IMG/VR virus record: IMGVR_UViG_3300038679_000357
Span: 191,143-255,142 of that record
Length of the DNA: 64,000 nucleotides
DNA from: a virus
Lineage: Duplodnaviria; Caudoviricetes
Direction: 5' to 3' (one strand)
Positions 29,053-38,782 of the stretch are shown in pieces. Both the position numbers and the translations under genes were made by a program. Within the stretch, counting starts at the first letter, position 1; the number at the start of each line of letters is the position of its first letter. A model generated the notes under the pieces. The model searched no databases. It saw only the letters and a list, made by a program, of their open reading frames with translations, and was not told the origin of the DNA.

Positions 29053-30834
29053 TTACATAGTCCTACCAACATTTGCCAAAACAGAAGATGGAAGAGAATT
29101 AACGATTCCATAACCGGACGCCATCCAAGTTGCTCCTGCGATACAGTCGGCTAAATCATCCGTCGGAAAATCAGATTTCACATCCTTATCTATCGACACC
29201 CCTCTTGTTGTCGACTTAACCTTTAAGTTAAGTAATTCTCCGTATATGTAATCATCGTGGTACATCCAAAACTCATCGGCATTCATTAGATCTTCAAGAT
29301 TTTTGTAAAAAGAGGCTTTTCCGCCTCTCGAAAACGAAAGTCTTGTTGCAATGATTCCCTTCCCCTTTAAAAACGCTATACTATGAACAGAATTCCATAA
29401 ATCGTAAGAAATTCTCATGGTCTTGAATTTTCGACAGATATCGTAAACTTCCGCATCAATTGCTTGAAAATCAAGCAACTGACCTCCTGGTTTCCACATC
29501 CGATGTGTAGCCAAATAACACCGATGCCTCTTTTCTCCACGACGATTGACATACTTCGTCTTACCTACAACTGCTAATGCATAGTTATCCCTGGTTGAGG
29601 CTGGATCGACATGGATATAATATTCAACATGCGGTTCTGCTCCTGTGCGCATGAACATAAACGTTTTTATGGCGTTAGAAACGGTATCTTTAGCAAAATA
29701 ATTTCTCTTTGATCCGCTCTTTCTCCACATCGACCCATATTCTGTATCGAACGACTCCTGGTCTCTTTTTCTTTCTTTTGTTAGAAACTCACAATCATAT
29801 GGAAGATCCTCGTTTATATCCCATGTAGCCAACCTAAAAGACAAGGTCTTGCGAAATTCATCATCCACACTGTTGCCATTTTCCCATATCTCATAAAAAA
29901 TACCACTAGGATAATTTACTGAAGAAATTTCAACTAGTCTACCGTCACCCTTAATCGTGAATTTTGCGATAGACGGAATGAGTGCGTTGTAAAAAGTTCT
30001 TCCAGAAACGACTGGGTTTTCATCGTAAAATGCCAACTCGTCAAACAAAATAGCAGCAGCAGAATAACCACGTAAGGTATCTGGATTGCTATGTCCGCAA
30101 ACCAATACAATTGATCCTTTTACAGAAATATTGGTGGTCGGATCAGATTTGTTCCGAATATCCGCATCAGTAAGAAGACGGATTTCAGTAGATAAGGCAT
30201 CGCCATCGATTCTACCGCGAAAAAACTTACATTTTCTCAATCGATTTTTGACCTGTGAGAATAAACGTTGTGACTGAGGTCCAGAATTAGCTACATTGAT
30301 AATGGCGATTTCTTCGTCATCAGGAATACCATAAAACTTATACGGATCACCAATCTTTATGAGCTTATATGCCTCATACGCAACAATAATCGAAGTCATA
30401 ATGGTTTTTGATGCGCGACGACCAAGCGCCAGGTGTAATTCATTGAATGTAAAATTCGAAGGTTCTCCTGGATTTTTACCATCCCTCATTTTTCTAAGTC
30501 GATGAATTACGTTATCAAGTTGTTTGTCGTGTAACCATTTTTCCTCTTCCGGCGACAATGTTACGTTTTCATTTCCCCTTGTCCCCATATAGAAGCACTT
30601 TAAAATAACTCGCTGCCCAAGAAAAAGGGGGAAATTATGTTGAGGAAGATCAAGAAAATCTGGATGGTTACAGAAGGTTATTATGTCAACTATATAATCA
30701 AACTGATCAACAGAAGTTTGCTCAACAGATAGTCCGGCATCAGCCCGGACCTTGTTCATCAATACTTCTAGTGGAGCAGAAACTTGTCCATCCTGATGTC
30801 TGTCAGAATGCGTGTTTTTCTTTCTTGGGGGCAT
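29053..30834 (-). CDS. terL: Terminase large subunit
   Basis: LALGRRASKT Walker A variant, ILFDELAF Walker B, VEISS coupling motif, RNase H-like YYIHVDPAS..DNYALAV and TDDLADCIAG. Confidence 0.9.
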   Translation of the reverse strand: MPPRKKNTHSDRHQDGQVSAPLEVLMNKVRADAGLSVEQTSVDQFDYIVDIITFCNHPDFLDLPQHNFPLFLGQRVILKCFYMGTRGNENVTLSPEEEKWLHDKQLDNVIHRLRKMRDGKNPGEPSNFTFNELHLALGRRASKTIMTSIIVAYEAYKLIKIGDPYKFYGIPDDEEIAIINVANSGPQSQRLFSQVKNRLRKCKFFRGRIDGDALSTEIRLLTDADIRNKSDPTTNISVKGSIVLVCGHSNPDTLRGYSAAAILFDELAFYDENPVVSGRTFYNALIPSIAKFTIKGDGRLVEISSVNYPSGIFYEIWENGNSVDDEFRKTLSFRLATWDINEDLPYDCEFLTKERKRDQESFDTEYGSMWRKSGSKRNYFAKDTVSNAIKTFMFMRTGAEPHVEYYIHVDPASTRDNYALAVVGKTKYVNRRGEKRHRCYLATHRMWKPGGQLLDFQAIDAEVYDICRKFKTMRISYDLWNSVHSIAFLKGKGIIATRLSFSRGGKASFYKNLEDLMNADEFWMYHDDYIYGELLNLKVKSTTRGVSIDKDVKSDFPTDDLADCIAGATWMASGYGIVNSLPSSVLANVGRTM

Positions 30835-30835
30835 T

Positions 30836-32191
30836 TTATTCCATGAAGATTTCTACATCATCATCGGTCATCCATACATCTGTAATGAGACCGTTGTCCA
30901 TCTCTATCCTTACCGGAAATTCAACATACGTGTTATAAAATTCCATCCTATCTTGGTCAATTTTACCAGCCATCCCTTCATATTCTGACCCTGGTTTAAT
31001 GACCTTAACCAAGGACGCCCCCTTTAATCTCTCAACATTGTCTTTAATTACATCATTTATTTCTTGCTGATATGAGGCAATTTTCGTAACTGGATCTGTA
31101 ATTTTCACAGTATAACTTGATGATTTTGTTTCTTTTCCGCCAACAGCAGAAAATGTCACCACCTTTCTCGTCTTTCCATCGCCAGAAATGGCGTCAAAGC
31201 TATCTGGTCCCTTAGACATCATCTTAGATGACAATAAGATAATATCATCGACGTCAAGGGGTTGCATATGACCAACCGCCAACAATGACGGAATCATCAC
31301 ATCCATATAGTGAGAATAGCTAAACGGAGACGTTTCACGACACTTTGTAATACCACGGAAAAGCGCGTTTTCTCCAACGTGAACAACAACTCTTTTATCG
31401 TCGGAAATAACATGAACATCATATCCCGTCATCGACGGAATCATGCCGAGTATTTTAGGATCGGTCATCCCTATTGCACCACAAGCCCGGTCTACATAAA
31501 AAGAGGCAAGCTCAGGAAGAAAATCAATATTTTTTGTGTTTGACGTCTTAATAAAACCAATCCACCCAGCCGCCTTTGGCGTTTCAAATTGCATCGGTTC
31601 AGATTTTTCGGTAGTATTTTCAGACTGCATCCAGCGTTTATAATTGCTCGAAATGTATTGAAGGATATCCTGCATTTGCGATTTTAGTTCCTTCAACTTT
31701 ACAAGATTATCATTATTTTTGTCGTCACCTACATCTTTTTCAACTTCCTTGATCATCATATCCATTTCTCCGCCATCCTTGGCATAAGTATCAACATATG
31801 ATTTCAAGGCTGGGACCGTACGATCTCTATTGTTGAATGACTCATTTTCTTCGTCGGAAGCAATTTCTTTTAGTTTTCCACTGCAATAATCTATAATCGA
31901 CTTGTACTTTGATACAATGTTAGCATGGATCATGTTCATGTTATCCATGGCATCGTAAGCAATCCTATTGCGAAAAAGAAAATCAACTGCTGATACAGCG
32001 GCAAGTTCACGGCTAGAATACACACCTCCATCAGATAACCCATACCGCCTAGAGTCAAACGCAACTTTTCCAGAAGCGTTTCTTATTCTAAACCAATACT
32101 GGTTATCTCGACAAGAGATATCAACTAGGTCGTAATACTGCATAAATCCTTCACCTTTTTGAACGAATCGGCTCCAAATAGACTTATACAA
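30836..32191 (-). CDS. Hypothetical protein (real start probably MQYYD); possible internal head protein
   Basis: 451-aa ORF immediately upstream of terL; contains IKTS and KIAS motifs. Confidence 0.65.
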   Translation of the reverse strand: MYKSIWSRFVQKGEGFMQYYDLVDISCRDNQYWFRIRNASGKVAFDSRRYGLSDGGVYSSRELAAVSAVDFLFRNRIAYDAMDNMNMIHANIVSKYKSIIDYCSGKLKEIASDEENESFNNRDRTVPALKSYVDTYAKDGGEMDMMIKEVEKDVGDDKNNDNLVKLKELKSQMQDILQYISSNYKRWMQSENTTEKSEPMQFETPKAAGWIGFIKTSNTKNIDFLPELASFYVDRACGAIGMTDPKILGMIPSMTGYDVHVISDDKRVVVHVGENALFRGITKCRETSPFSYSHYMDVMIPSLLAVGHMQPLDVDDIILLSSKMMSKGPDSFDAISGDGKTRKVVTFSAVGGKETKSSSYTVKITDPVTKIASYQQEINDVIKDNVERLKGASLVKVIKPGSEYEGMAGKIDQDRMEFYNTYVEFPVRIEMDNGLITDVWMTDDDVEIFME

Positions 32192-32916
32192 CGTTTGCCG
32201 TATACACTCCTATCACTTGATAGCGCAGAACAAGACTGATTATGAATACAGATTGTAGGAACTCTTAATAATCCAGACAGATTTGTTAACAAACTATCTG
32301 AACCAATCACCACCTTAGCCGTGAGCATCATCTCCATATATTCAGATAGCATCATTCCTCTAGCATCTATAGATATCCAATCCGGACAAGGATCATCAAG
32401 TGTTCCCATACAGACTGACGAAGATCCTGGTACTGGATCTATCAATGGAAGAATCCTTCTCTCGTTGTTTCTGCTTCCAAAATGATAATAAATCATATCT
32501 CCGCCAATCCAGTTTACAGAGGGGGCTGGAAACTCCACATTATTCGAAGAAGTATCGCCCCATAATCCACCACAATAAGCTAAAAACGCTGCCACATGAC
32601 ACCCAGTAGGAATCCATCGAGGGCAACAATTGTAATACCGATCATAGCCAGGATATAACACTTCCAAAATGGAGGTCGAATATCTGGACATATCTATACC
32701 AGCTACTGCCTCATCCATTGGTGGATTCCACATCTCAGTGCTGATACATTCTCCTATTGGCATTCCGATCTTAGACAACACCGGATAGACTGAAGAAAAA
32801 CGTGAGTTTACCAATATATCTGGAGCCTGACCATTAAGTTTAGTCGCCAACGATGCCGCGAACATCGCCGACACGACATCACCCATCCTACCATAAATTG
32901 CCATAAGAGATTTCAA
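32125..32916 (-). CDS. Second GT9-like glycosyltransferase
   Basis: GRMGDVV N-terminal motif; VIGSDSLLTNLSGLLRVPTICIH (GxDSG-H-like). Confidence 0.7.
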   Translation of the reverse strand: MKSLMAIYGRMGDVVSAMFAASLATKLNGQAPDILVNSRFSSVYPVLSKIGMPIGECISTEMWNPPMDEAVAGIDMSRYSTSILEVLYPGYDRYYNCCPRWIPTGCHVAAFLAYCGGLWGDTSSNNVEFPAPSVNWIGGDMIYYHFGSRNNERRILPLIDPVPGSSSVCMGTLDDPCPDWISIDARGMMLSEYMEMMLTAKVVIGSDSLLTNLSGLLRVPTICIHNQSCSALSSDRSVYGKRCISLFGADSFKKVKDLCSITT

Positions 32917-33398
32917 ACAATCCTCGAAAATTTTCCAGTTTGTTTGCGGAAAAGAACAATTCCTCGCTCTTCAAATTCATTCTGACGAAAGGTTGAAATA
33001 ACCCCCTCTTTCATCATTGCCCTAAATAATGGGAAACGATAGCTTCCAGGTCCATTAATACATAACAAACCGTCATCCTTCAGCAATCCTTCAAGGCACA
33101 TATAAAGAATGGTGGAAAAACTATTTTCATTAAGATCAACAACAACCACATCAGATTTTTCAGTAGTTGGAAAAGACATAGGATCACAACCACACGATTC
33201 AACCCCCAATGGCGGCGAACCCGTATTACCACAATACCTATATTTTACCTTTTTTAGTGTAGAAATAATTGACAGAGCAAAAGCCCAGGCATCATCATTT
33301 CCAAAATATACAAAGGACAACCCATCCTGTTTGCCAAATGTGCTTCCAATCAGCTTTCCAGGATCTAGCTTAGAATTATCAACACGGACTGAAACCAT
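32913..33398 (-). CDS. Divergent Rossmann/methyltransferase-like protein
   Basis: DVVVVD...LLKDDGLLCI resembles MTase motifs IV-VI; lies within the GT block. Confidence 0.4.
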   Translation of the reverse strand: MVSVRVDNSKLDPGKLIGSTFGKQDGLSFVYFGNDDAWAFALSIISTLKKVKYRYCGNTGSPPLGVESCGCDPMSFPTTEKSDVVVVDLNENSFSTILYMCLEGLLKDDGLLCINGPGSYRFPLFRAMMKEGVISTFRQNEFEERGIVLFRKQTGKFSRIV

Positions 33399-34089
33399 GT
33401 TTTTCCCTAAAATATTTAGTGTTAGGTCCTCTTCCAGCCTTCATTTCCGGAGTTCCAGTAGGCGGATGTCTCATATGCCGCGTTACCGACTTACCACTCA
33501 ACACTGATTTATAGCCCTTATTCAAACACATATAAGCAAAATCTGCATCTTCTAACCCCCAAGCCCCATTATACCCCTCATCAAATCCACCGACAGCTTC
33601 CCACGCCTGTATCGGGAATGATATATTTCCTCCATACGCAGACATCCAGTGAACATGTCCTACATCTTTTCCAGAAAGCCATGGACGACGATGATCTTTA
33701 GAGATGAGATTAATCCCCATTTCATCATAATTATCAGTTAACCCAACCGATAACGATTTGTTACTTTGAGAATACGACAAATCGTGTCCAATAAAATAAC
33801 CATTTTCTGGCATACAATCAGCATCAAGCAGCACAATAGCATCGGTATTATCAGACACAGCTTTAATTCCGTTATTTCTGACAGTACATAATCGATAGCC
33901 ATCATGTTTACCTGTAGTTACTATCTTGGCAAACAACCCTGACTTTTCAGCCCACTCCAATGTTCCATCTGTTGAACAATCATCACTAAGTATTCGCTCA
34001 ATACTATTATCAATTCGAATAATAGCATCGACTGTCCGCTGTAAATATGACAGCTTATTAAAACTACAGATGACAATGCTATAATTCAT
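33379..34089 (-). CDS. GT2 glycosyltransferase with GT7-type C-terminal motif
   Basis: YSIVICSFN, ILSDDCSTDGT, VLLDAD, GGFDEGYNGAWGLEDADFAY. Confidence 0.9.
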   Translation of the reverse strand: MNYSIVICSFNKLSYLQRTVDAIIRIDNSIERILSDDCSTDGTLEWAEKSGLFAKIVTTGKHDGYRLCTVRNNGIKAVSDNTDAIVLLDADCMPENGYFIGHDLSYSQSNKSLSVGLTDNYDEMGINLISKDHRRPWLSGKDVGHVHWMSAYGGNISFPIQAWEAVGGFDEGYNGAWGLEDADFAYMCLNKGYKSVLSGKSVTRHMRHPPTGTPEMKAGRGPNTKYFREKHGFSPC

Positions 34090-34886
34090 TTTGCTTCTTC
34101 CGGCAGCTCATATTTTACCTTCCCATATAGTCTTGAAATCAGTAATGGATACGAGGAAGGATCGGATGGAACATCATATCCACTTTCATACTTCGACAAA
34201 GCGATTCTTTCCTTTGCCTCACGCGCCTGTGCCTGGTATTCTACATGTCTGGAATAAAGCTTCCCGTGTTCAACCTTTTTGATATCACAATTTTCAGGGA
34301 ACACCCAACCAAGATGATATAGCTTACACGGAATTTTATCTGGACGACACACCGGTTCTATCGATCCCTGAAAATTCCAGGCATCTCCAAGAAATTTGAT
34401 ATCGTGTCGATTTCGAACCATTCTAATTGCCTGATCATAGGCAATCTTTTTCGGTAGCGGCTCCCAAGAGTGGATAAAATGACAAAATTCAAATGATACT
34501 GAATTGAAATTACCGGCAGTACCATTTGCTACCGACTTAATGAATTCAACATTCCCCTCATGAATAACCTCGTCAGCCTGTAAATAATATACCCACTCAT
34601 ATGCACACCGTCTAAAATTCTTTTCAGAGATCCAGGCGATAACTTCTCCGTATTGCGACGGCTTTTCGTTCCAGTTATCACGGAACACCCTAAATTCAGG
34701 TCCGTTTGAGGTTCCGTACTTCGATATGAATTTAGCTATGCATTCAGCCGTTCCATCGTCGGAGCCACCTTCACTAATTACTATCTCATTGGCAAACGGG
34801 AGACAGGATTGCAACGATTCCCAAAACGGATATCCCTGTCTAATTCCATTTTTGATGATAAAACATACTGAAATACCACTTTTCAC
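34086..34886 (-). CDS. GT2 glycosyltransferase
   Basis: ISVCFIIKN, EIVISEGGSDDGT, YLQADEV, LYHLGW. Confidence 0.85.
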   Translation of the reverse strand: MKSGISVCFIIKNGIRQGYPFWESLQSCLPFANEIVISEGGSDDGTAECIAKFISKYGTSNGPEFRVFRDNWNEKPSQYGEVIAWISEKNFRRCAYEWVYYLQADEVIHEGNVEFIKSVANGTAGNFNSVSFEFCHFIHSWEPLPKKIAYDQAIRMVRNRHDIKFLGDAWNFQGSIEPVCRPDKIPCKLYHLGWVFPENCDIKKVEHGKLYSRHVEYQAQAREAKERIALSKYESGYDVPSDPSSYPLLISRLYGKVKYELPEEAK

Positions 34887-35509
34887 TGCACACCTATAAG
34901 ATATGGGTTGTTATATGTAATCCTTCCCGACAATCTCTTAACAGATTTTGGAATATGAGAAGTAAGCTTTGATAGCGGATCTTTTCCGTTAAAGTCGCCA
35001 AAATTAAACTGCCAAATTGGCTTTGGTTGCAATCCCGCAGGGGCTAATTTCAATTTTTTACGACAACTTGACATAACCAGCCCCTCATTATTGATCGAAA
35101 TTAATGGTACTCCAATGAATAATCTCATATCCTCGCAGTCTGAATACAAACACCCATTTTCACCAATTTTTACACCCACAACCCGCAACATAGCGCCATC
35201 AAATTCTTGATGGTTCTTAACTAAATCCCAAAGATAATGATAAGAATCCTCATGAATTACTTCATTCCCATATAGAATGAAGTTCCATCCATTTCTAGGT
35301 AGATTAAAACACACTTCATGAATGGAATCATAATGGTAAATTTGAATACCACCCTTCAATCGTTGATATTCACCACAGACTGTCTGAACATTTTCATTAA
35401 CGCCAAGGTCGCAAACTACAACTTTATCACAAAATGACCTACATGAATCAATAGATTCCCACATGAAATCTTTTCCGCACAAAATAAAAGCTGTTAGCTC
35501 TAAACCCAA
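34883..35509 (-). CDS. Degenerate GT2-like protein
   Basis: Paralog-like to its neighbour (SCRSFCDKVVVCD, ILYGNEVIHE), but the DxD motif is altered. Confidence 0.55.
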   Translation of the reverse strand: MGLELTAFILCGKDFMWESIDSCRSFCDKVVVCDLGVNENVQTVCGEYQRLKGGIQIYHYDSIHEVCFNLPRNGWNFILYGNEVIHEDSYHYLWDLVKNHQEFDGAMLRVVGVKIGENGCLYSDCEDMRLFIGVPLISINNEGLVMSSCRKKLKLAPAGLQPKPIWQFNFGDFNGKDPLSKLTSHIPKSVKRLSGRITYNNPYLIGVQ

Positions 35510-36675
35510 TCCCTCATCTCCATAATCAATGAATTATTTCCGACAATGGAAACGTCAGTAATCCTTTTTATCATACCATTAACATCGGTATATTCATGGT
35601 TTTCCAGGTCAAATTCCATTTGTTTTAACAGATCGACACTTTTACCATCCCGATATAAAAGTTTCATTGCTTTTACAACGCGAGACATCCGGCGACGCCA
35701 TATATCAGATCTCGAAATTTTCTTGTTGGTTAATGATACCAACATTTCAAGAGGCGCTTCAAGAATGATCTTTTCACTATGCGTAGTAAACACTACCTGA
35801 GAGTCGGGGAAACATTTTTCAATGCTCCTTATAAGAGACATGTGCCGGTCTATCTCGACGTGCATTTCAACATTATCAATTAGAATGATTGACGGGATGA
35901 ATTCATGGTTTAGCAATGTGGTAAAATTTTTAATGATTTTCTTCTCGCCATCAGAGCACTGCCTATCAGTGATGACCTCTCCAGGCTTTTCAATGCGCAA
36001 CCCAAGAACGTATTGATCAATAAGAGCCAGGGAGCGAGAATCCGTGTCCTTATCTACTACAGCTTCGTCTTTTGATACTGGAAACCCAGAGACAGCCGTA
36101 AACAGCTCCTTGAATACAGCCCATCTTGATTTAATCAACTGGAATTTATTCAAATCACGATCGTATGTGGTAACATAACACTGAGCGTGAATGTCTTTTT
36201 CAATATCATCCGGATGCCATTTACATGGTGTTACGATCGTCCCATTATGCCACATATACTGGTTAGGATTATTTCCTATCGATACGTCGTATGTGCGTCC
36301 ATCTTCCACGGCAAATTTAGCATCAATACGAAATCTTTCATTTGACGTTTCTCCGAAGCTCCCGCCCTGAACGTTATCATCTTCCACAAGAGCATTACCT
36401 AAACTTCCAGAAACATCAAGAATTTTGACGTTACGAATGTACCTCCGCATGGAGGTTGCTAACCGCTCATGATCAAACCCGCTATACCTTCTGAAAAGCA
36501 GTCCAATAGCATCCAATAGTGTTGATTTACCAACACCATTACGACCAAACAACCCGGTCATACGCTGAACCGACCCCTTACCACTGGTAAAATCGACAGT
36601 ATAATCCTCATACGACTTGAAATTAACCAACCGTATTGAAACGAGTCTTATCCTTTTAGGCATGAAAATCCTCAA
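35500..36675 (-). CDS. ABC/SMC-like (AAA_15/AAA_21-type) ATPase
   Basis: IRLVNFKSY, GRNGVGKST Walker A, CSDGEKK signature, IILIDNVEMH Walker B/D-loop, VFTTHS H-loop. Confidence 0.85.
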   Translation of the reverse strand: MRIFMPKRIRLVSIRLVNFKSYEDYTVDFTSGKGSVQRMTGLFGRNGVGKSTLLDAIGLLFRRYSGFDHERLATSMRRYIRNVKILDVSGSLGNALVEDDNVQGGSFGETSNERFRIDAKFAVEDGRTYDVSIGNNPNQYMWHNGTIVTPCKWHPDDIEKDIHAQCYVTTYDRDLNKFQLIKSRWAVFKELFTAVSGFPVSKDEAVVDKDTDSRSLALIDQYVLGLRIEKPGEVITDRQCSDGEKKIIKNFTTLLNHEFIPSIILIDNVEMHVEIDRHMSLIRSIEKCFPDSQVVFTTHSEKIILEAPLEMLVSLTNKKISRSDIWRRRMSRVVKAMKLLYRDGKSVDLLKQMEFDLENHEYTDVNGMIKRITDVSIVGNNSLIMEMRDWV

Positions 36676-36681
36676 TATTTT

Positions 36682-37092
36682 TCACGAAAGAAGAACAGAA
36701 TTTATTATCACATTATACAACAGACTCGTTCGCATCTTAAATGTCATGCATTTGTTATTGCACCCGAACCCGAAGGTTATGTGATTATTGGAAACGATCT
36801 TCTCATACTCCGTATCGATCATCTCTCGGAAAACCATAAAAAAAGCTGTAATTTTTTTGTTCACGATGATATTCCCAACCACTTCTCTATCACTCCACTT
36901 AAAATCAGAGATTATTTCCTGTCCAGCTTCTGTTAGCGCTTTCGCCAACTCTTCATCTCCATATGCCGTATGTTTAATGGTAAAAGAGATATTCCCCTCC
37001 TGGTCAGGAGGAGATATCTTAATATCCAAATTATCAGGGTTCATCACCGCAAGGACTTGGATTAATCTCGAAGGAATATCTTTCCTGTCCAT
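36682..37092 (-). CDS. Hypothetical protein
   Basis: 136-aa ORF with an upstream TTGGCG-16-TACAAT promoter-like sequence. Confidence 0.6.
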   Translation of the reverse strand: MDRKDIPSRLIQVLAVMNPDNLDIKISPPDQEGNISFTIKHTAYGDEELAKALTEAGQEIISDFKWSDREVVGNIIVNKKITAFFMVFREMIDTEYEKIVSNNHITFGFGCNNKCMTFKMRTSLLYNVIINSVLLS

Positions 37093-37158
37093 AATCTCTC
37101 TTTTTTTATCAGATCAACAAACTTTCTGTAATTGTACCACTAAAAATTATCTCGCCAA

Positions 37159-38421
37159 TCAATGTTGGTGACACGCCATTCCGCACATAATACGAGTTCC
37201 CATTTCCTCTCTCATAAAACACAACTTACATGGATCTGAAATGTTTTCTGTTATCAAATTTCTTTCCCATAAACGATCAATCACACTTATTGCTCTAATA
37301 TCTCCGGCTCGGTAGAGTGATTTCACCCAATTCCACATACCATCATCAGACTTCAATATCGCCAACGCCCGGCAAAAAAGTGAATAATCATTGTTTTCTT
37401 TTTCCTCCATCATAGAAAAAACTGGACAAAACGGATTTTCCGATGTAGCCAAAGCGATGTGTTTCATCACCCCTACACGCAACATTTTTTCAAGTCTTTT
37501 AGTTTGAGCTTCATATTCAGCAGAATAATTCCTGGACGGGCTCCTTGGAATGTCTATATTCTCATGTTGAATGAACTGAAGGTTTATACTCATCCTGGAT
37601 AGACAACGACAACTAATTTCATTGATGGTTTTTATAGACTTTATTTGGTCTAACATTAACTCTTGAGCGATATTTCTATATGTATCCGGCAATCTATTCC
37701 GATACATTTCAAGTGAGGCACTATCGATTTCACTAGGAAGATACAATGGATTTACCAGTCCATGAATCAGTCCAAATGTTGTTTCGTTTATCTTCTTAAT
37801 ACATCCTGTGTCAATAAGATAATTAACACACTTTTTCATTGTCGTCTGAGTAATTCCCATTGCCTTTCTGAACTTCAAAAACGAAGGAATCTCAACTATT
37901 GGCTCTCGATAATTACTCATCGAGTGCATCCATAAAAGTAAAAGCCAAGCAGTATGATCTTTTAACAACAGCGATGCGGCATACGTCACCTGGGGAGAAT
38001 CCTTAAACTGAATTTCTCGCCTGACCGCTTGAGATAGTCTCAATATTGAATTGGAGTCAAAAATTAATAAAGTCCTTAATGAACCATATATAGTCGATCT
38101 TTTTTCTTCCGCATAAATTTTATACTCGGACAAGGAATTACGGATATCAAATTGTTGCCACCGATGTAGAGTCGTCATCGTTTCAATGGTGTCACACCCC
38201 CGATCTACCACCCATACCTTCCGCTTTATTGTTTCCTCAACTTTCACTCCAGAAAGGCAAAAATAAAGAAATCTGGAGTGCATTGGCGGCAAACCAGCCA
38301 TATTAAGCACGAGCGAAGTATATTGGTTAGACCTCATCATGCCAATCTGTGAACCTACAGTTGAATCAATCACACTCATTTTTATCTCTCTTTTGTGCCA
38401 CGAAACATACGATCGAAACAA
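37159..38421 (-). CDS. HTH-containing DNA-binding protein, candidate replication initiator (likely start ATG 38379)
   Basis: FRKAMGITQTTMKKCVNYLIDTGCIKK is a winged-HTH-like segment; the gene lies next to iteron-like repeats. Confidence 0.5.
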   Translation of the reverse strand: MFRSYVSWHKREIKMSVIDSTVGSQIGMMRSNQYTSLVLNMAGLPPMHSRFLYFCLSGVKVEETIKRKVWVVDRGCDTIETMTTLHRWQQFDIRNSLSEYKIYAEEKRSTIYGSLRTLLIFDSNSILRLSQAVRREIQFKDSPQVTYAASLLLKDHTAWLLLLWMHSMSNYREPIVEIPSFLKFRKAMGITQTTMKKCVNYLIDTGCIKKINETTFGLIHGLVNPLYLPSEIDSASLEMYRNRLPDTYRNIAQELMLDQIKSIKTINEISCRCLSRMSINLQFIQHENIDIPRSPSRNYSAEYEAQTKRLEKMLRVGVMKHIALATSENPFCPVFSMMEEKENNDYSLFCRALAILKSDDGMWNWVKSLYRAGDIRAISVIDRLWERNLITENISDPCKLCFMREEMGTRIMCGMACHQH

Positions 38422-38498
38422 CGGAAAACAAGCTAAAAAATGACTTTTTCAACGAAAAAACAGTAGAAAAATGCTGAGAAGTTACACTGATAGGTGTC

Positions 38499-38561
38499 AG
38501 AGACAACACTGCCTACCTGAGAGACAACACTGCCTATCTGAGAGACAACACTGCCTACCTG
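38499..38561. repeat. Three tandem 21-bp direct repeats (iteron-like)
   Basis: AGAGACAACACTGCCTA(C/T)CTG at 38499-38519, 38520-38540 and 38541-38561, with no spacers; followed by an AT-rich tract. Confidence 0.95.
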
Positions 38562-38675
38562 AGAGTTAGCATAAAATTAAAAGTATTAAGTATACTTCAT
38601 TCGTATCTAAAGATACTCATTACGTATCCTTAAACTTTTAGAAAATAGAATTATAAGAGTTTAGTTTTAGTATAT

Positions 38676-38709
38676 TGGTCGCCGCCCCGAGTCCGGGATC
38701 GGACGACCA
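38676..38709. other. GC-rich imperfect hairpin in AT-rich intergenic DNA
   Basis: TGGTCG-CCG-CCCCG-AGTC-CGGG-AT-CGG-A-CGACCA; no U-tract on either strand. Confidence 0.6.
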
Positions 38710-38740
38710 GATTGAAAAAAATTTTAGAATAAGATTTCAC

Positions 38741-38770
38741 TTGAAAACAGATCAACCAACGTGATATTAA
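38741..38770 (+). promoter_or_regulatory. Sigma70-like promoter for the RdgC-like gene
   Basis: TTGAAA (38741-46), 18 nt, then TATTAA with an upstream TG; followed by an AGGAG SD. Confidence 0.5.
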
Positions 38771-38782
38771 GGAGCATTCGTA

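Noticed and set aside
29053-30834. Intein or intron in the terminase
   Set aside because: The length is ordinary, ATPase and nuclease motifs are contiguous, and no splicing or homing motifs are seen.
38499-38561. CRISPR mini-array
   Set aside because: The 21-bp units are directly abutting with no spacers, and no cas genes are recognisable.
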